DNA from: Pirellulales bacterium
GTDB lineage: Bacteria; Planctomycetota; Planctomycetia; Pirellulales; PALSA-1355
Length of the DNA stretch: 64,000 nucleotides
NCBI GenBank assembly: GCA_963733035.1
Contig: CAVTBU010000005.1
Location: 2,240,001-2,304,000 of the forward strand
Direction of reading: 5' to 3'
Made by a program: the position numbers and the translations under genes. Under the pieces are notes generated by a model, which saw only the letters and a program-made list of their open reading frames with translations, did no database searches and was not told the origin of the DNA. Positions 21,392 to 30,296 of the stretch are shown piece by piece. Each line of letters begins with the position of its first letter. The stretch's first letter is position 1.

Positions 21392-22219
21392 ATGCGAATG
21401 ATCGCCTGCGGACTTGTAGCAATCTGCGCCGTTCTGTTGCCGGCGCCTTCACCAGTCGCGGCGGCCGAGCCGGCGGGCGAAGAGTTGGAGTTGCTCCAAA
21501 CGTTTCGCGGCGAATTCGTCGAAATAACGCCGGGACAGGGCGTTTATCCGGCCAACTTCGAGATGGGCAGCGACGATGGCCCGGCCTCCGAATGTCCCCG
21601 GCACCGCGTCGAGCTTTCGGCAACGCTTGCCATTGCCCGCTACGAAGTGCCGCAGAACTTGTGGCAGGCGGTGATGGGTACGAATCCCAGCCGCTGGAAA
21701 GGGCCGCGAAATTCCGCCGAGATGCTCAGTTGGGACGATGCGGTTGAGTTTTGCCGCCGCGTGACGGAACAATTGCGGGCCGCGAAGCTGATCACGCCCG
21801 CGCAAGTCGTGCGGCTGCCGAGCGAGGCAGAGTGGGAATACATGGCTCGCGCCGGCACGACGACGCGTTATTCGTTTGGCGACGACGTCGATCAGCTCGA
21901 TGAGCACGCCTGGAGCACGCGAAACGCAGCGGGCAACGATCCGCCGGTCGGCGCGCTGAAGCCGAACCCCTGGAAGCTGTACGACGTGCATGGTTATCTG
22001 TGGGAATGGTGTGCCGACACGTGGCACGACGACTACACCGGGGCACCGACCGACGGCACTGCCTGGACCAGCGGCGGCGACGCTACCCGGCGCGTTCTTC
22101 GTGGCGGCAGTTGGAAGGACCCCGCCGAGCAGCTCACCAGCAGCTATCGCCGCGCGGCGAAGCGCGAAATGAAGGACGACGCCGTGGGCCTGCGGTGCGT
22201 CCTCTCAACCGCGCAGTAA
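21392..22219 (+). CDS. Exported FGE-sulfatase (SUMF1) domain protein
   Basis: Signal peptide; FEMGS, RLPSEAEWEY, NPWKLYDVHGYLWEW, RGGSW, GLRCV. Confidence 0.88.
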   Translation: MRMIACGLVAICAVLLPAPSPVAAAEPAGEELELLQTFRGEFVEITPGQGVYPANFEMGSDDGPASECPRHRVELSATLAIARYEVPQNLWQAVMGTNPSRWKGPRNSAEMLSWDDAVEFCRRVTEQLRAAKLITPAQVVRLPSEAEWEYMARAGTTTRYSFGDDVDQLDEHAWSTRNAAGNDPPVGALKPNPWKLYDVHGYLWEWCADTWHDDYTGAPTDGTAWTSGGDATRRVLRGGSWKDPAEQLTSSYRRAAKREMKDDAVGLRCVLSTAQ

Positions 22220-22240
22220 ACATTCGCACCACGGGCTCAA

Positions 22241-22317
22241 CCCGGAGGCAACGCCGATGGCGCTTGGCCCAGTTACCGACGTACCGTCGCGCCGTCGGCG
22301 TTGCCTCCTGGCTAAAC
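22241..22317. repeat. REP-like inverted repeat pair (hairpin)
   Basis: CCCGGAGGCAACGCCGATGGCGC (22241-22263) pairs with GCGCCGTCGGCGTTGCCTCCTGG (22289-22311) with 2 mismatches; the same unit recurs at 25930 and 26109. Confidence 0.8.
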
Positions 22318-22335
22318 ATGCGTTGCAGGATCAAT

Positions 22336-22405
22336 ACCTAATACTTTCGGTTCTTGACGTTGACAGGTTTGTTCTCGCGCGGCACAATGACCTAATCATT
22401 TAGGT
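22336..22405 (+). promoter_or_regulatory. sigma70 promoter with two putative BlaI-family operators
   Basis: TTGACA (22360-65)-N17-CACAAT (22383-88); palindrome ACCTAA-TCAT-TTAGGT (22390-22405) and a second copy ACCTAA-TACT-TTCGGT (22336-22351). Confidence 0.75.
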
Positions 22406-22429
22406 TATTCAGCGCGAAAGGATCTCGTC

Positions 22430-22819
22430 TTGGCCGAACTTAATCCCTCGGGCCGCGAGCTCGAGATTCTCAAGATTCTGTGGGAACTGGGTCCTTCGAC
22501 CGTGCGGCAGGTGCACGAGCGGATGGCGCCCGGCGGCGAGCTAGCGTTCAACACCGTGCAGACGCTGCTGCGGATCATGGACGATAAACGGCTGGTGAAG
22601 CATGAGCGCCGGGGCCGCACCTTCGTCTACGCGCCGCGTCACACCCGCGACCGTGAAACCTCGCGTCTGCTCGACCGCGTGTTCGACGGGGCTCTCGATC
22701 AGTTCGTCGTCAGCTTGCTGAACGCCAAAAATGTGAGCGACGAGGAGCTCAAGCATCTAGAAAAGATCATCGTCGAGGCCCGCCGACGGAAAGCGAAAAC
22801 ACGATCCAAGGGGAAATAG
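22430..22819 (+). CDS. BlaI/MecI/CopY family transcriptional repressor
   Basis: ELEILKILW..GPSTVRQVHE, NTVQTLLRIM..K, LLDRVFDG; TTG start after AAGGA. Confidence 0.93.
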   Translation: MAELNPSGRELEILKILWELGPSTVRQVHERMAPGGELAFNTVQTLLRIMDDKRLVKHERRGRTFVYAPRHTRDRETSRLLDRVFDGALDQFVVSLLNAKNVSDEELKHLEKIIVEARRRKAKTRSKGK

Positions 22820-22821
22820 CC

Positions 22822-25800
22822 ATGCCGTGGTACGTCGCCCTGTACGAGTTGCTGTTGCATGTTTCGCTGTGCAGCCTGCTGTTGAGCGCTCTGGCGTGGT
22901 GCGCCGTCTGCATACTGCGTCAGCCGGCGCGGCGGATCGGCGTGATCCAATGGGCAATGATTGGGCTGATGGCCCTGCCCGCGATCGCGTTGGTGCCGGG
23001 GTATCCGCGGGTGGCGGTGTTGCCGGCGTGGGAAGTCGAGCCCGACGGGACCGAAGTGAAGGCCTTCCCGGCAAAGCCAGAAACTGGGAGCCCTTTGGAA
23101 AAGCTGCATTCTGCAAAGCCCTCGGCATTGCCGGGCGGCCGCACTGCCAATCATGCGGACGTACCCCCGATCCACGTCCAAACACCGCCCGCGATCAATT
23201 CTCCACAGATGGTTGCCGCTGAAGCCACCCCGTTGCGTAGCGATGATGCGCCACCCCACGCCACGCGTGTCTCGTCGCCAACGACCAAACGCTCGCCGGA
23301 CCAATTCCACGCGACGAATGCCAGCCCACCGGCGGAACGACTGGCGGACTATCGCTTATGGGTCGTTGCGATTTATCTGGGCGGCGTCGCCGCGATGCTG
23401 GGCTGGTCGTTGTTGGGCGTCTGGTCGATGCGGCGACTGGTCGCTTCGTCACAAGTCGCGGACGAACACCTGCGAAACGTACTGCGCGATTTGGCTGGCC
23501 CGGCGAGTGATCGGGTGCGGCTGCTGGTTTCGTCGCGGGCGGCGCAGCCGTGCGCATTCGGCTGGTGGCGGCCGACGATCGTTTTGCCGCAATCGCTGAT
23601 CGAATCGGGCGATCACAAGCAACGGCGATTCGCTCTCGCGCACGAGTGGTCGCACGTTTCACGCGGCGACGTCGGTGTCTGGCTACTGGCCGGACTGGCG
23701 CGAATCCTGCATTTTCATCAGCCGCTGGTGTGGTTGCTGCGCAGCCAACTCCGTTTGTCGCAAGACTACCTGGCCGACGCCGCGGCCTCCGGCGCCGGCA
23801 CGCCGGAAGATTACGCCGAGTTCCTCACCGGTGTTACGCAAAAAATGAAGCGACAAAATCTCGCCCCCGGCCTAGGTATCGCCGGCCGCCGTTCGGAGTT
23901 GCATAGGAGAGTCGTTATGCTGGTCGAAGAGCACCCTCCGCTGGAACGCGCAACGCCGAAGCGTTGGAGGGTCCTTCTCCTGCTCTCTGGTTTGCTGGCA
24001 GTCGCCACGGTTGCGAGTCTACGTGCCGAACCGAGTCGGGCAAAAAGTTCGCAACTCCCAGTCCAGCAGTCAAGTGTGAGCGAACCGCTGTCCTACGTCG
24101 AAATCAACGGGATCCGCTATCAAGAGTCGATCGACCCCAAGACGGGTAAGATCCTTCGGACGGCAGTGGGTCCGCGTGCGGCGAACAGCGAAGTGCCGCT
24201 GGAACTTCGGCCGGAGCGCATTCAAGAGAACATGCGTCGGTATAGCGCTGCCGATCTGGCCGTGCATCTCGATTCCGAAATCCGCCGTTTGGAAACACGG
24301 CTAAAAGCACTGCTCGACTTCCAATCCTTAGGCGTGATAGAGCCCGACGGACAGCTGAAGCAGAAGATTAAAGAAACACAGAAGCAGCTCGAGCAGCGGC
24401 GGGCGGAAGTACGCAAATCCGCCATTCAGTCGGCAGCGGCCAGCGAAGCAGGAATTGCATGGACGCCGCAACAGCTCCAGGCTCTGCTTGGGCAACGAGT
24501 TCAAGTCTATCGCGAGACGCTGGAACGACTACGGGAGGCTCCAGAAGATCAAGAAAAGGCGAGGACCCTCTCAAGAGAGATCTTGAGGCTAGAAGGTCGA
24601 CTCCGAGACCTAGCGAAAGACGCCGAGCCTACGGCGGTGGCAGAATCGGGCGCCGAATCGGCGGCGCAAGTATCTTCGCCGGATGTGGCGGTGGATATGC
24701 TGCTCGAAAAGGACCCTGTCATTGCAAAACTTTCGGAACAGTTGCGGGGGTACTTGAACTATCTCGAGCGGGTGAAAGCTGTCCCTGCCGACTCACCACA
24801 AATTGCGGAATATATCAACATACTCCAACGCGAGATCCTCAGGCTGGAAGAAACGAAAAACGAGCGCGTGGCAGAACTTCGCCCCCAGGTGCTCAAAAGA
24901 CTGCAGAGACAATCCTCGCAAGCGCAAGATCCTAGCAAGCAACTCGTAACTGATGTCCCCTTCTCCGGCAGAATCCGACCCGGGGATATTCTTAATCTCG
25001 GTCTGGCGGTTTATCCGACGCATTACGATCCACGCAAAACGGTGGAGCCCGACGGCAACCTGCCGATTTCCGCGGCCTACGGCTCCAAGAGCCGCATCCA
25101 CGTCGCCGGGATGACCTTGATCGAGGCCGGCAAACATATCGAACACGAGCTGCGAGAGTTCGAAAAAAATCCCAAGGTGCTCCTGACCTATGTTGGACAC
25201 GACAATGGTGTGGTGACAGCGGAGCACTGGGCAGATAGTAAACCCCCGAGCGCGGTATTATCCACTGAGCCAGTGAAACTTGCGCCGCTGGATACGATCG
25301 AGATTTGGCTGGGATCGGACTCGTGGGGAGCCTATCTCATCGAGCCGGACGGCCAGGTTCTGCTGTCCCGGGAAAGAGTCGCGATCGCCGGCAATACCGA
25401 ACAACAGGCCGCCGAAGTCGTTCGAGCGCACCTAGCCAAGCATCGGGCGCACTTGCACAAGTACTCTTCCGGTCGCAAGGCACTTCCATCGGCACACATC
25501 AAGAAACGAGGACGAGCCGTGTTCGGTCCCGGAAAGGAGCCCGGCCCCGACTACCGAATCCGAACGGGTGATCATCTGCTTCTTAATCAGGGAAATCCTT
25601 TCGATGGATCGCCCTACAAAGTGAATCAAGAAGGCGACATAGAGAAGTTCATAGGCTACCGCCAGGTCAAGGGAGAACGCATTCCCGCCGAGCATCGCAT
25701 TAAAGTTCACGTGCAAGGACTCACACTCACGGAAGCGCAGCAGGCGGTCGTCGAAGCTTCCCGGGATACTAATTTGAGCGTCACCATCGGCGATTGGCAC

Positions 25801-25917
25801 GAAGAAGCCGACCCGAAATTGATCGATCAACTAGAGCACGCCGCCGACCCCGCCGTGCAGAAACTCGAACGCGAACTCGACGAACTCAAAGCGATGATCC
25901 GCGCGCTGAAACGCTAG
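22822..25917 (+). CDS. BlaR1-like M56 peptidase fused to coiled coils and three Poly_export (Wza-like) domains
   Basis: TM segments, HEWSH zinc motif, SQDYLADAAA, ELHRRVVML, then a TM helix; C-terminal repeats IRPGDIL...VEPDGNL...VAGMTL.EA, LAPLDTI...IEPDGQV...IAGNT, IRTGDHL...VNQEGDI...VQGLTL.EA. Confidence 0.8.
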   Translation: MPWYVALYELLLHVSLCSLLLSALAWCAVCILRQPARRIGVIQWAMIGLMALPAIALVPGYPRVAVLPAWEVEPDGTEVKAFPAKPETGSPLEKLHSAKPSALPGGRTANHADVPPIHVQTPPAINSPQMVAAEATPLRSDDAPPHATRVSSPTTKRSPDQFHATNASPPAERLADYRLWVVAIYLGGVAAMLGWSLLGVWSMRRLVASSQVADEHLRNVLRDLAGPASDRVRLLVSSRAAQPCAFGWWRPTIVLPQSLIESGDHKQRRFALAHEWSHVSRGDVGVWLLAGLARILHFHQPLVWLLRSQLRLSQDYLADAAASGAGTPEDYAEFLTGVTQKMKRQNLAPGLGIAGRRSELHRRVVMLVEEHPPLERATPKRWRVLLLLSGLLAVATVASLRAEPSRAKSSQLPVQQSSVSEPLSYVEINGIRYQESIDPKTGKILRTAVGPRAANSEVPLELRPERIQENMRRYSAADLAVHLDSEIRRLETRLKALLDFQSLGVIEPDGQLKQKIKETQKQLEQRRAEVRKSAIQSAAASEAGIAWTPQQLQALLGQRVQVYRETLERLREAPEDQEKARTLSREILRLEGRLRDLAKDAEPTAVAESGAESAAQVSSPDVAVDMLLEKDPVIAKLSEQLRGYLNYLERVKAVPADSPQIAEYINILQREILRLEETKNERVAELRPQVLKRLQRQSSQAQDPSKQLVTDVPFSGRIRPGDILNLGLAVYPTHYDPRKTVEPDGNLPISAAYGSKSRIHVAGMTLIEAGKHIEHELREFEKNPKVLLTYVGHDNGVVTAEHWADSKPPSAVLSTEPVKLAPLDTIEIWLGSDSWGAYLIEPDGQVLLSRERVAIAGNTEQQAAEVVRAHLAKHRAHLHKYSSGRKALPSAHIKKRGRAVFGPGKEPGPDYRIRTGDHLLLNQGNPFDGSPYKVNQEGDIEKFIGYRQVKGERIPAEHRIKVHVQGLTLTEAQQAVVEASRDTNLSVTIGDWHEEADPKLIDQLEHAADPAVQKLERELDELKAMIRALKR

Positions 25918-25929
25918 CACGTGCCACCC

Positions 25930-26134
25930 GTTTAGCCCGGAGGCAACGCCGACGGTGTTGCACGCGTTCGTTCGCCGCGACGATTCCGGCATTGACCGTC
26001 GCTGGCGGGTTAAACTCGCTGCGCATGCGATCGCGTGGTGTGAGAACCCTTGCGCCGCCGGCCATCGACGCCGTAATTTGGACCGCGATCAAATGCAAAC
26101 ATCCAACGCCGTCGGCAGTGCCTCCGGGCTATAC
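25930..26134. repeat. REP-like inverted repeat pair between convergent genes
   Basis: GTTTAGCCCGGAGGCAACGCCGACGG (25930-55) and its inverted copy CCGTCGGCAGTGCCTCCGGGCTATAC (26109-34), plus a degenerate arm near 25996-26015. Confidence 0.8.
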
Positions 26135-28507
26135 GACGGGAGCCGGGATGCTGCTCGGGTGATCGGCGCACAGCATCTCCAACAGCGCAATCGTCGCCGG
26201 CTTGTTCGGCATCGGATAACCGCGCGATAGATCCGGGTCGCTGTGAATCGCCGGTCGCAAATTCGGCAGGCCGACGCAGCTCGGACAGCCCTCTTCGCAG
26301 GGGCACTCGCTGACCATCTGTCGGCAAATCGCCAACACGTCTTCCAGGCGGGCGAACCCTTTTTCGCAGTAGCCCAGGCCGCCGGGATAGCGGTCGTAGA
26401 GAATCATCGTGCTGCGGCCCAGGTTCTTGCTGTCGACGATGCCGCCCAGGTCGCGGCTGTCGCACATCGCCACCATCGGCAAGGCGACCATCGCCAGGTT
26501 CCGCAGGCCCGTCATCCCTTCGCTGGTGCGATGCCCGGCGGCTTTCATTTGCTTTCGCAGGGCATCGTCGGGCGCCAGCCATACGGCGGTGGTCGGCAGA
26601 GTCTGCGCCGGAATATCGACTGGGCCCAGGCCGATGTTTTCGCGGGTGCCGAACTTGATCTTCTTAAACGCCACGGTTTGCCAAGTGACGTCCACTTCGC
26701 CAAAGGCCAACAGCGAACCGGGCACGCCACTCCGCTGCCGGCGTTCGTCCTTGATCTTCACGCTCGATTCGAGCACGGCCTGCGTGTAATAGTCCATCTC
26801 GTGTCGTTCGACGTAGGCCACCTTGCCCACCAGGTCGAGCTCGCGGACGAAATAACTCTCGCCATTGTGCAGATAGACCGCCTCGGGGTAGACCAACTCA
26901 GGAGCACTGATCGAATCGACATTGGCGATCACCTCGTGATCCTGCGGCCGCTTGCCCGCTCGCGGCTTGTCGCGCTTCAGCACGATCGAGAACGTGTTAT
27001 CGCTCATATGGCGCAGGCTCATCCGCTGGGCTGGATTCTGGCTGCCGCCGGAGTAGAAATACTCGCCGCCCACTTCGGTCAGTTCGCCGCTGTCGCCCAG
27101 CACGCCGGCAATCGGCATCGCCAAGGGGCCGAAGCGATCGACGTCGGCCTCGGCCAGCGGCAACTCAAAGGCCGCGGCTTGCAGGTGATTGGCCAGCACG
27201 TAAGGGTTTTCCGGATCGACGACCGCGTTCTCGGGCGACTGCGCGAAGAAGTATTCTGGATGGCGTGAGAGATACTGATCGACTGGGTCATTGCCGGCCA
27301 ACAGAATCGCCACGCTCTCGTCATGCCGCCGACCGCTGCGCCCGGCCTGCTGCCAGGTGCTGGCGATGGTGCCGGGATAGCCGGCCAGCAGAGCCACGTC
27401 GAGCGAACCGATGTCGACGCCCAGTTCAAGGGCGTTGGTGGCAGCCACGCCACGCAGGTTGCCGCCGAACAGTTGTGATTCGATCTCGCGCCGCTCGATC
27501 GGCAAGTAGCCGCCGCGATAGGCCCGGATTTGGCCGGCGAGTTTCGAGTGATTGGCCGCGAGCCGCTCTTGCACGTAGCGATGCACGAGCTCCGCGGCCT
27601 GCCGCGTGCGGGTAAAGGTAAGCGCCTGGGCCCCGTCGAGCATGGCTTCGGTCATTAGCAGCACGGCGTCGTCCGTGGCGCTGCGACGGGCCAGCCGATC
27701 GTTGCCGAGCGGGCTGGGGTTCCAGAGGACAAAATACTTGCGGCCGCGCAGCGCGCCGTCGCCGTCGACCACGGCCACGTCGCGGTTGAGTAACTTACCG
27801 GCCAACTCGCCCGGATTGGCGATCGTGGCGCTGGCCGCCAGAAACACGGGCTTCGCTCCGTAGTGTTCGCAGACGCGCTCGAGCCGCCGCAACACGCAGG
27901 CGACGTTCGCACCCAGGATACCGCGATAGGTGTGGATTTCGTCGACGACGACGTAGCGGAGATTACTGAAGAAGCGGGCCCACTTCGGATGGTACGGCAG
28001 GATCGAGGCGTGCAACATGTCGGGATTCGACAGCACGAGTTGCGACTCGGCCTGAATGCGCCGTCGCTGGGCAACGGGCGTATCGCCATCGAACACGCCC
28101 GATCGCACGCGGTCGATCGCCTGCAAGCTGCCGCCAACCAGATCGAGCAGCCCCTTGTGTTGATCTTGCGCAAGCGCCTTGGTGGGAAACAAATAAAGCG
28201 CCCGGGCGTCGGGATCTTCGAGTGCGGTTTCCAGAATCGGCAGATTGTAGCAGAGGGTCTTGCCGCTGGCCGTGCCGGTGACGACAACCAGATCTCGCGC
28301 TTCGCGCGCCAGTTCCAGCGCTGCCACCTGGTGCGAATAGAGTTCTTGGATGCCGTGCGCCGCGAGCACTTCAGCGAGCACCGGTGGCAGGGGTCGACTC
28401 GGCTGGACAAACGTTCCCGGCCGCTCGGGAAGCACCTCGACGTGCTCAATCTGCTGGGCGTAAAAGTCCTGGCAGCGAATCCGGTTCAAGAATGCCGCGA
28501 CATCCAT
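26129..28507 (-). CDS. DEAD/DEAH-box helicase with C-terminal DUF1998 (MrfA/YprA/Hrq1-like repair helicase)
   Basis: TGTASGKT, PTKALAQDQ, DEIH, SAT, ELGVDIG, QQAGRSGR, YD..PGG.G and CPCEEGCPSC. Confidence 0.9.
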   Translation of the reverse strand: MDVAAFLNRIRCQDFYAQQIEHVEVLPERPGTFVQPSRPLPPVLAEVLAAHGIQELYSHQVAALELAREARDLVVVTGTASGKTLCYNLPILETALEDPDARALYLFPTKALAQDQHKGLLDLVGGSLQAIDRVRSGVFDGDTPVAQRRRIQAESQLVLSNPDMLHASILPYHPKWARFFSNLRYVVVDEIHTYRGILGANVACVLRRLERVCEHYGAKPVFLAASATIANPGELAGKLLNRDVAVVDGDGALRGRKYFVLWNPSPLGNDRLARRSATDDAVLLMTEAMLDGAQALTFTRTRQAAELVHRYVQERLAANHSKLAGQIRAYRGGYLPIERREIESQLFGGNLRGVAATNALELGVDIGSLDVALLAGYPGTIASTWQQAGRSGRRHDESVAILLAGNDPVDQYLSRHPEYFFAQSPENAVVDPENPYVLANHLQAAAFELPLAEADVDRFGPLAMPIAGVLGDSGELTEVGGEYFYSGGSQNPAQRMSLRHMSDNTFSIVLKRDKPRAGKRPQDHEVIANVDSISAPELVYPEAVYLHNGESYFVRELDLVGKVAYVERHEMDYYTQAVLESSVKIKDERRQRSGVPGSLLAFGEVDVTWQTVAFKKIKFGTRENIGLGPVDIPAQTLPTTAVWLAPDDALRKQMKAAGHRTSEGMTGLRNLAMVALPMVAMCDSRDLGGIVDSKNLGRSTMILYDRYPGGLGYCEKGFARLEDVLAICRQMVSECPCEEGCPSCVGLPNLRPAIHSDPDLSRGYPMPNKPATIALLEMLCADHPSSIPAPVV

Positions 28508-28530
28508 GACGCAAAGCCCTCCGATGGCAG

Positions 28531-28552
28531 ATACTACACATGCGTATAGTAT
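28531..28552. promoter_or_regulatory. Palindromic operator upstream of the helicase (SOS-box-like)
   Basis: ATACTA-CACATGCGTA-TAGTAT about 24 bp upstream of the start, overlapping a minus-strand TATACT -10 element. Confidence 0.45.
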
Positions 28553-28950
28553 ACCGGGGGAATGGCACTAGGTTAAGAGATGTTGCCATTCGGTGGTCTC
28601 GTTTCGCCGGCTTCGCCGCCACGTGTGATGCTGCCGTTGCGGCTACGTCATCGTTCCGGCAGCACACGCCAACGACGGACAAAGAATTTTGACCCCACCC
28701 CAACGACTATGGTCCCGGGTACGGCGATTTGCGGCTGATCTGGCAGCTAGCGACCCGCCGCAAGCCAGCAATCTCGGAAGTGGCATGAATTCCGGCATGT
28801 CGGCGTGCACCGGCGGAGAGATAAAACGAGCAGACGGCGTACTGGGGAAATGACGGATTCCGCTGGATCAATCAGCAGCGAACTCCACGCCCCCCCGAAG
28901 TGCCGGGAAGAAACTCAGCAACGCAGTAGTCACACACTACCTCCCCCGCT

Positions 28951-28984
28951 CCCTAACAAAACCCTAACAATTGCCCCGTATGAT
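28951..28984 (+). promoter_or_regulatory. Putative Pho box and -10 element upstream of pstS
   Basis: CCCTAACAA direct repeat at 28951 and 28962 (11-bp period), followed by TATGAT at 28979-84. Confidence 0.65.
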
Positions 28985-29232
28985 GAGGGCGAAATTTAGA
29001 GGGAAGAACTGAGGTGCCGCTTCGAGGAGTTCGACGGCGCGCGGGATGGATGTGCTGCCCAGTTATGTTTCAATCGGGGCGCTATCTCGGGTGGACGGCG
29101 GTAAGATATTGCCCGCGTCTGCCCCTGTGTCCTCTCGCGCTTGGGTTCACGCTCTGAAACGCTAGGCGGTCAGGTTGCGCGCCAACCAACTTCAAATCTG
29201 CGCCCGATGTGACGGGCGGAAGGGAACACTCC

Positions 29233-30261
29233 ATGGCACGGATCAGTACGGAATTTTTCACTCGCCGCGCGGGTAGCGCGCTGATCGCCATCGGCACCGT
29301 GTTGCTGGCCGCAACGCTCGGCTGTTTTTCCAACTCGGGCCAGCGCGACGATGGCACGATTCGCATCACCGGCTCCGATACGATGGTCAACCTGGCCCAG
29401 GCCTGGGCCGAGGAATACCAAAAGGATCACCCGGACATTTCAGCGCAGGTGCGCGGCGGCGGATCGGGCGTGGGCATTGCCACGCTGATTAGCGGCAAGG
29501 TCGATATCGCGCCGGCCAGCCGCGCGATGAGTGAAGAGGAGTTCGAGCTGGCGAAAAAGAACACCGGCAAGGAGCCCAAGCAATTTATCGTCGGCAGCGA
29601 CGCCCTGGCGATCTACGTGCACAAGGATAACCCGATGGATTCGATCTCGATCGAGGAGTTGGCCGCAATCTATGGCGAAGGAGGCAAGATTTCCAAGTGG
29701 CAAGAATTGGGAGTCGACAACCCACAGTGCGCCGGGGGTGAGATCGTGCGCGTCAGTCGCCAAAACAGCTCGGGCACCTATGTCTACTTTCGCGACACGG
29801 TACTCGGCAAGAACCGCGAATACAAACAAGGCACCACGGCCCAAAGCGGTTCGTCCGACGTCGTGGCCCTGGTGTCGAACACGCCCTGTGCAATCGGCTA
29901 CAGCGGCATGGGTTACTACCAGCCGGGCCAGGTGAAGATGCTCAAGGTTTCAGCCAAGAAAGGCGAGCCGGGCATTGAGCCTTCAATCAGGTCGGCCCTG
30001 GACGGAACTTATCCCATTTCACGGCCGCTGTACCTCTACACACTAGGCGAGCCGACTGGTTCGGTCGAAGAGTTTATTGATTGGGTCATGGGCCCCGAGG
30101 GACAGCGGATCGTCGAAGAGGTCGGCTACGTGCCGAATGAGCTTGGCGCCCCCAAAGCGAGCGAACAACCGGCCGACGTTTCGGCCGCCAACGACGCGGC
30201 CAGCGACGAAGACACTGCTCCGACGGCGGCCGCGGATGAATCTTCTGCCACCAAAGAGTAA
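29233..30261 (+). CDS. pstS: Phosphate ABC transporter substrate-binding lipoprotein
   Basis: Lipobox TLGC, ITGSDTM, GGGSGVGI, SRQNSSGT, YPISRPL. Confidence 0.93.
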   Translation: MARISTEFFTRRAGSALIAIGTVLLAATLGCFSNSGQRDDGTIRITGSDTMVNLAQAWAEEYQKDHPDISAQVRGGGSGVGIATLISGKVDIAPASRAMSEEEFELAKKNTGKEPKQFIVGSDALAIYVHKDNPMDSISIEELAAIYGEGGKISKWQELGVDNPQCAGGEIVRVSRQNSSGTYVYFRDTVLGKNREYKQGTTAQSGSSDVVALVSNTPCAIGYSGMGYYQPGQVKMLKVSAKKGEPGIEPSIRSALDGTYPISRPLYLYTLGEPTGSVEEFIDWVMGPEGQRIVEEVGYVPNELGAPKASEQPADVSAANDAASDEDTAPTAAADESSATKE

Positions 30262-30296
30262 CCCGCCCTCCGAGCGACTTCGCGCTACGCTGCATC

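Noticed and set aside
21392..22219. True formylglycine-generating enzyme
   Set aside because: Lacks the catalytic Cys pair after RGGS, and no sulfatase gene is adjacent.
26129..28507. DISARM or Druantia defence system from the DUF1998 helicase
   Set aside because: No methyltransferase, PLD nuclease or second helicase nearby; architecture matches stand-alone MrfA/Hrq1.
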